From the NCBI GenBank assembly GCA_003614675.1, contig ML002363.1, positions 1 to 38,163 on the forward strand: DNA of 38,163 nt, written 5' to 3'. Source of the stretch: Dimargaris cristalligena (taxonomy: Eukaryota). Below, piece by piece: positions 36,815-38,163 of this stretch; position 1 is the first letter of the stretch; every line of letters starts with the position of its first letter. The translations under genes were made by a program, and so were the position numbers. The notes under the pieces are model-generated. The model was not told the origin of the DNA. It was given only the letters and a program-made list of their open reading frames with translations, and ran no database searches.

Positions 36815-37025
36815 CAATTTGTGCCCCCCCGCCGTTACCCATACCCATACCTATATTATTGTTGGTGGGTGAGCCTTCGATTTGAGCCCCGCCGTTATTG
36901 CTCTGGCTGGTATTCTGGCGGGGTGGTGGACCTTCGATTTGAACCCCATCATTGTTGCCCTTGCCAATATTCTGGCGAGGTGGAGGGCCTTCAATTTGAA
37001 ACCCTTCGTCGTTACCCTTGCCGAG
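36815..37025 (-). repeat. 57-bp (19-aa) coding tandem repeat in the chitinase tail
   Basis: TTCRATTTGA recurs at 36876, 36933 and 36990. Peptide units resemble GKGNNDGVQIEGPPPRQNI. Confidence 0.85.
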
Positions 37026-37344
37026 GGTGGGATTACTCCCTCCAAAACACCTGCGCTGGTTATGCAGCCACTGGCCGGTGGCCTGGGCGAAATTCATTCC
37101 GCCGGGATTACGGCTGCGCTGGACCCGTCCGTCGTCAATATATTCGAGGTTGTAGTTGTTCCAGGCGTTACTCGCATCCCAGAGCATAATGCCGCCCAGC
37201 CCTTCGTAAGTGGAGCTGACGTTCTTGTAGATTTGGGTGAGGCGGGACAGGTTGACGTACCCGCGGCCGGCGCCGGGGGAAGCCGGTGCACCGAGGTACA
37301 GCTTCGTGTTGGGGTTGGGCATACGGCGGCGGGGGCACAAATTG
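36815..37344 (-). other. Inverted 530-bp chitinase segment bounded by a 14-bp inverted repeat
   Basis: CAATTTGTGCCCCC (36815-36828) and GGGGGCACAAATTG (37331-37344) are exact reverse complements. Confidence 0.9.
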
Positions 37345-38163
37345 ATGGCCCGCCCACCAATAATAATATCGACGATATGGCCAACAGTGAAGGTGACGCC
37401 GATAGTGACGTTGACGAGTTCGGGCAACAAGTAAACGTTTTGGACTCCGAGTCCGAAGGCGAGTTCGAAGGTGCCGACATAGATGGTGACGAAAGTGACA
37501 ATAACTTTGCCGACATCTCCGAATTCGAAGGTTAAGCCGAGTCCTAGTCTATCACAGGGGTCCCGATCAACCTGGCATTCATTTCAAACCGGTTCCCCGC
37601 ACTTCAGGAGTTCAAATTAGGTCATTCCGAGACGTAATCCCTTAAATTCCGATGCGTTCTGTGGTTCCATTTGTCGCAGCCTTAAGTTTAACTTCCTCAG
37701 ATTGCTCCTGATTAATATCTGACATTATATTGCTGGAATTTAGACCTCGGTTGCATTCACTTAAATTTTGAGCACCCTGTGGCCGTTGAGAAATAGATCC
37801 GGGTTCTTGGTTGGCCATCTGAACTCGATCCACTGCAGGACTTTGCTTATATTTTGTATAATTTGCTCCAATAAATTGTATGGGCTTCATTTCTGGGACA
37901 TGTCTGTTAATAGTCACTTAATGAGTTATTATATAGATGGCTGCATTGGGGAATACACGACTATATAGTTGAACATATAATCCAATGCTTTAGAAGGGTA
38001 CACCTAGGGCTATGATATTTTAGCGGAATTTTGATAATTTGTTTATAAGGCAATTGGTAGATAGTATGTGCCCGTGCCAGTCTCTGTTGGTGTGAAGGCT
38101 CACCGACCTATATTAACAGTACGCGTTTATATCGCCATATTTCCTGGCTAGTTGTGTCTGGGG

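Larger units (their letters stand above)
36177..37535 (+). pseudogene. Secreted GH18 class III (Cts1-like) chitinase disrupted by an internal inversion (36815-37344). As written it gives a truncated 231-aa product
   Basis: Signal peptide; NLVVYWGQN; CQRRGKKVLLSLGGAEG; catalytic LDGIDLDLE (DxDxE); LTAAPQCEFPD. The C-terminal barrel motifs PNPNTKLYLGAPASPGAGRGYV and GGIMLWDAS are on the - strand. The acidic tail resumes on + to TAA 37535. Confidence 0.88.

Noticed and set aside
36672-37430. Independent convergent - strand gene
   Set aside because: Only the part inside 36815-37344 is chitinase-like. It has no N-terminus of its own and exactly complements the + strand gene.
37642-37917. 91-aa - strand ORF, possible terminal exon of a gene beyond the window
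   Set aside because: No recognisable motif and weak codon bias; only a generic CAG acceptor. Not supportable.

Overview
Eukaryotic, intron-containing, apparently fungal DNA. Gene content and GT-AG introns fit an early-diverging lineage (inference). Seven protein genes are supportable: (1) EDC3 decapping enhancer (- strand, 3 exons, apparent +1 frameshift at a 9-nt homopolymer); (2) after a ~16.8 kb gene-free, microsatellite-rich interval, a Pcl/Clg1-type cyclin; (3) HSC20/JAC1 Fe-S co-chaperone (4 exons); (4) a secreted pepsin-fold protein lacking both catalytic DTG motifs; (5) a secreted Gly/Pro/Ser-rich repeat protein interrupted by one in-frame TAA; (6) a COA1/Mrx15-like mitochondrial protein; (7) a secreted GH18 class III chitinase. 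The most striking structure is in the chitinase. A 530-bp internal block (36815-37344) bounded by a perfect 14-bp inverted repeat is flipped, so the C-terminal part of the barrel is on the opposite strand. Re-inverting it gives one open 452-aa frame, but a conserved ~40-aa segment is missing at the junction. This could be a real inversion or a template-switch/amplification chimera. No tRNA, rRNA, CRISPR or intact transposon was recognised.
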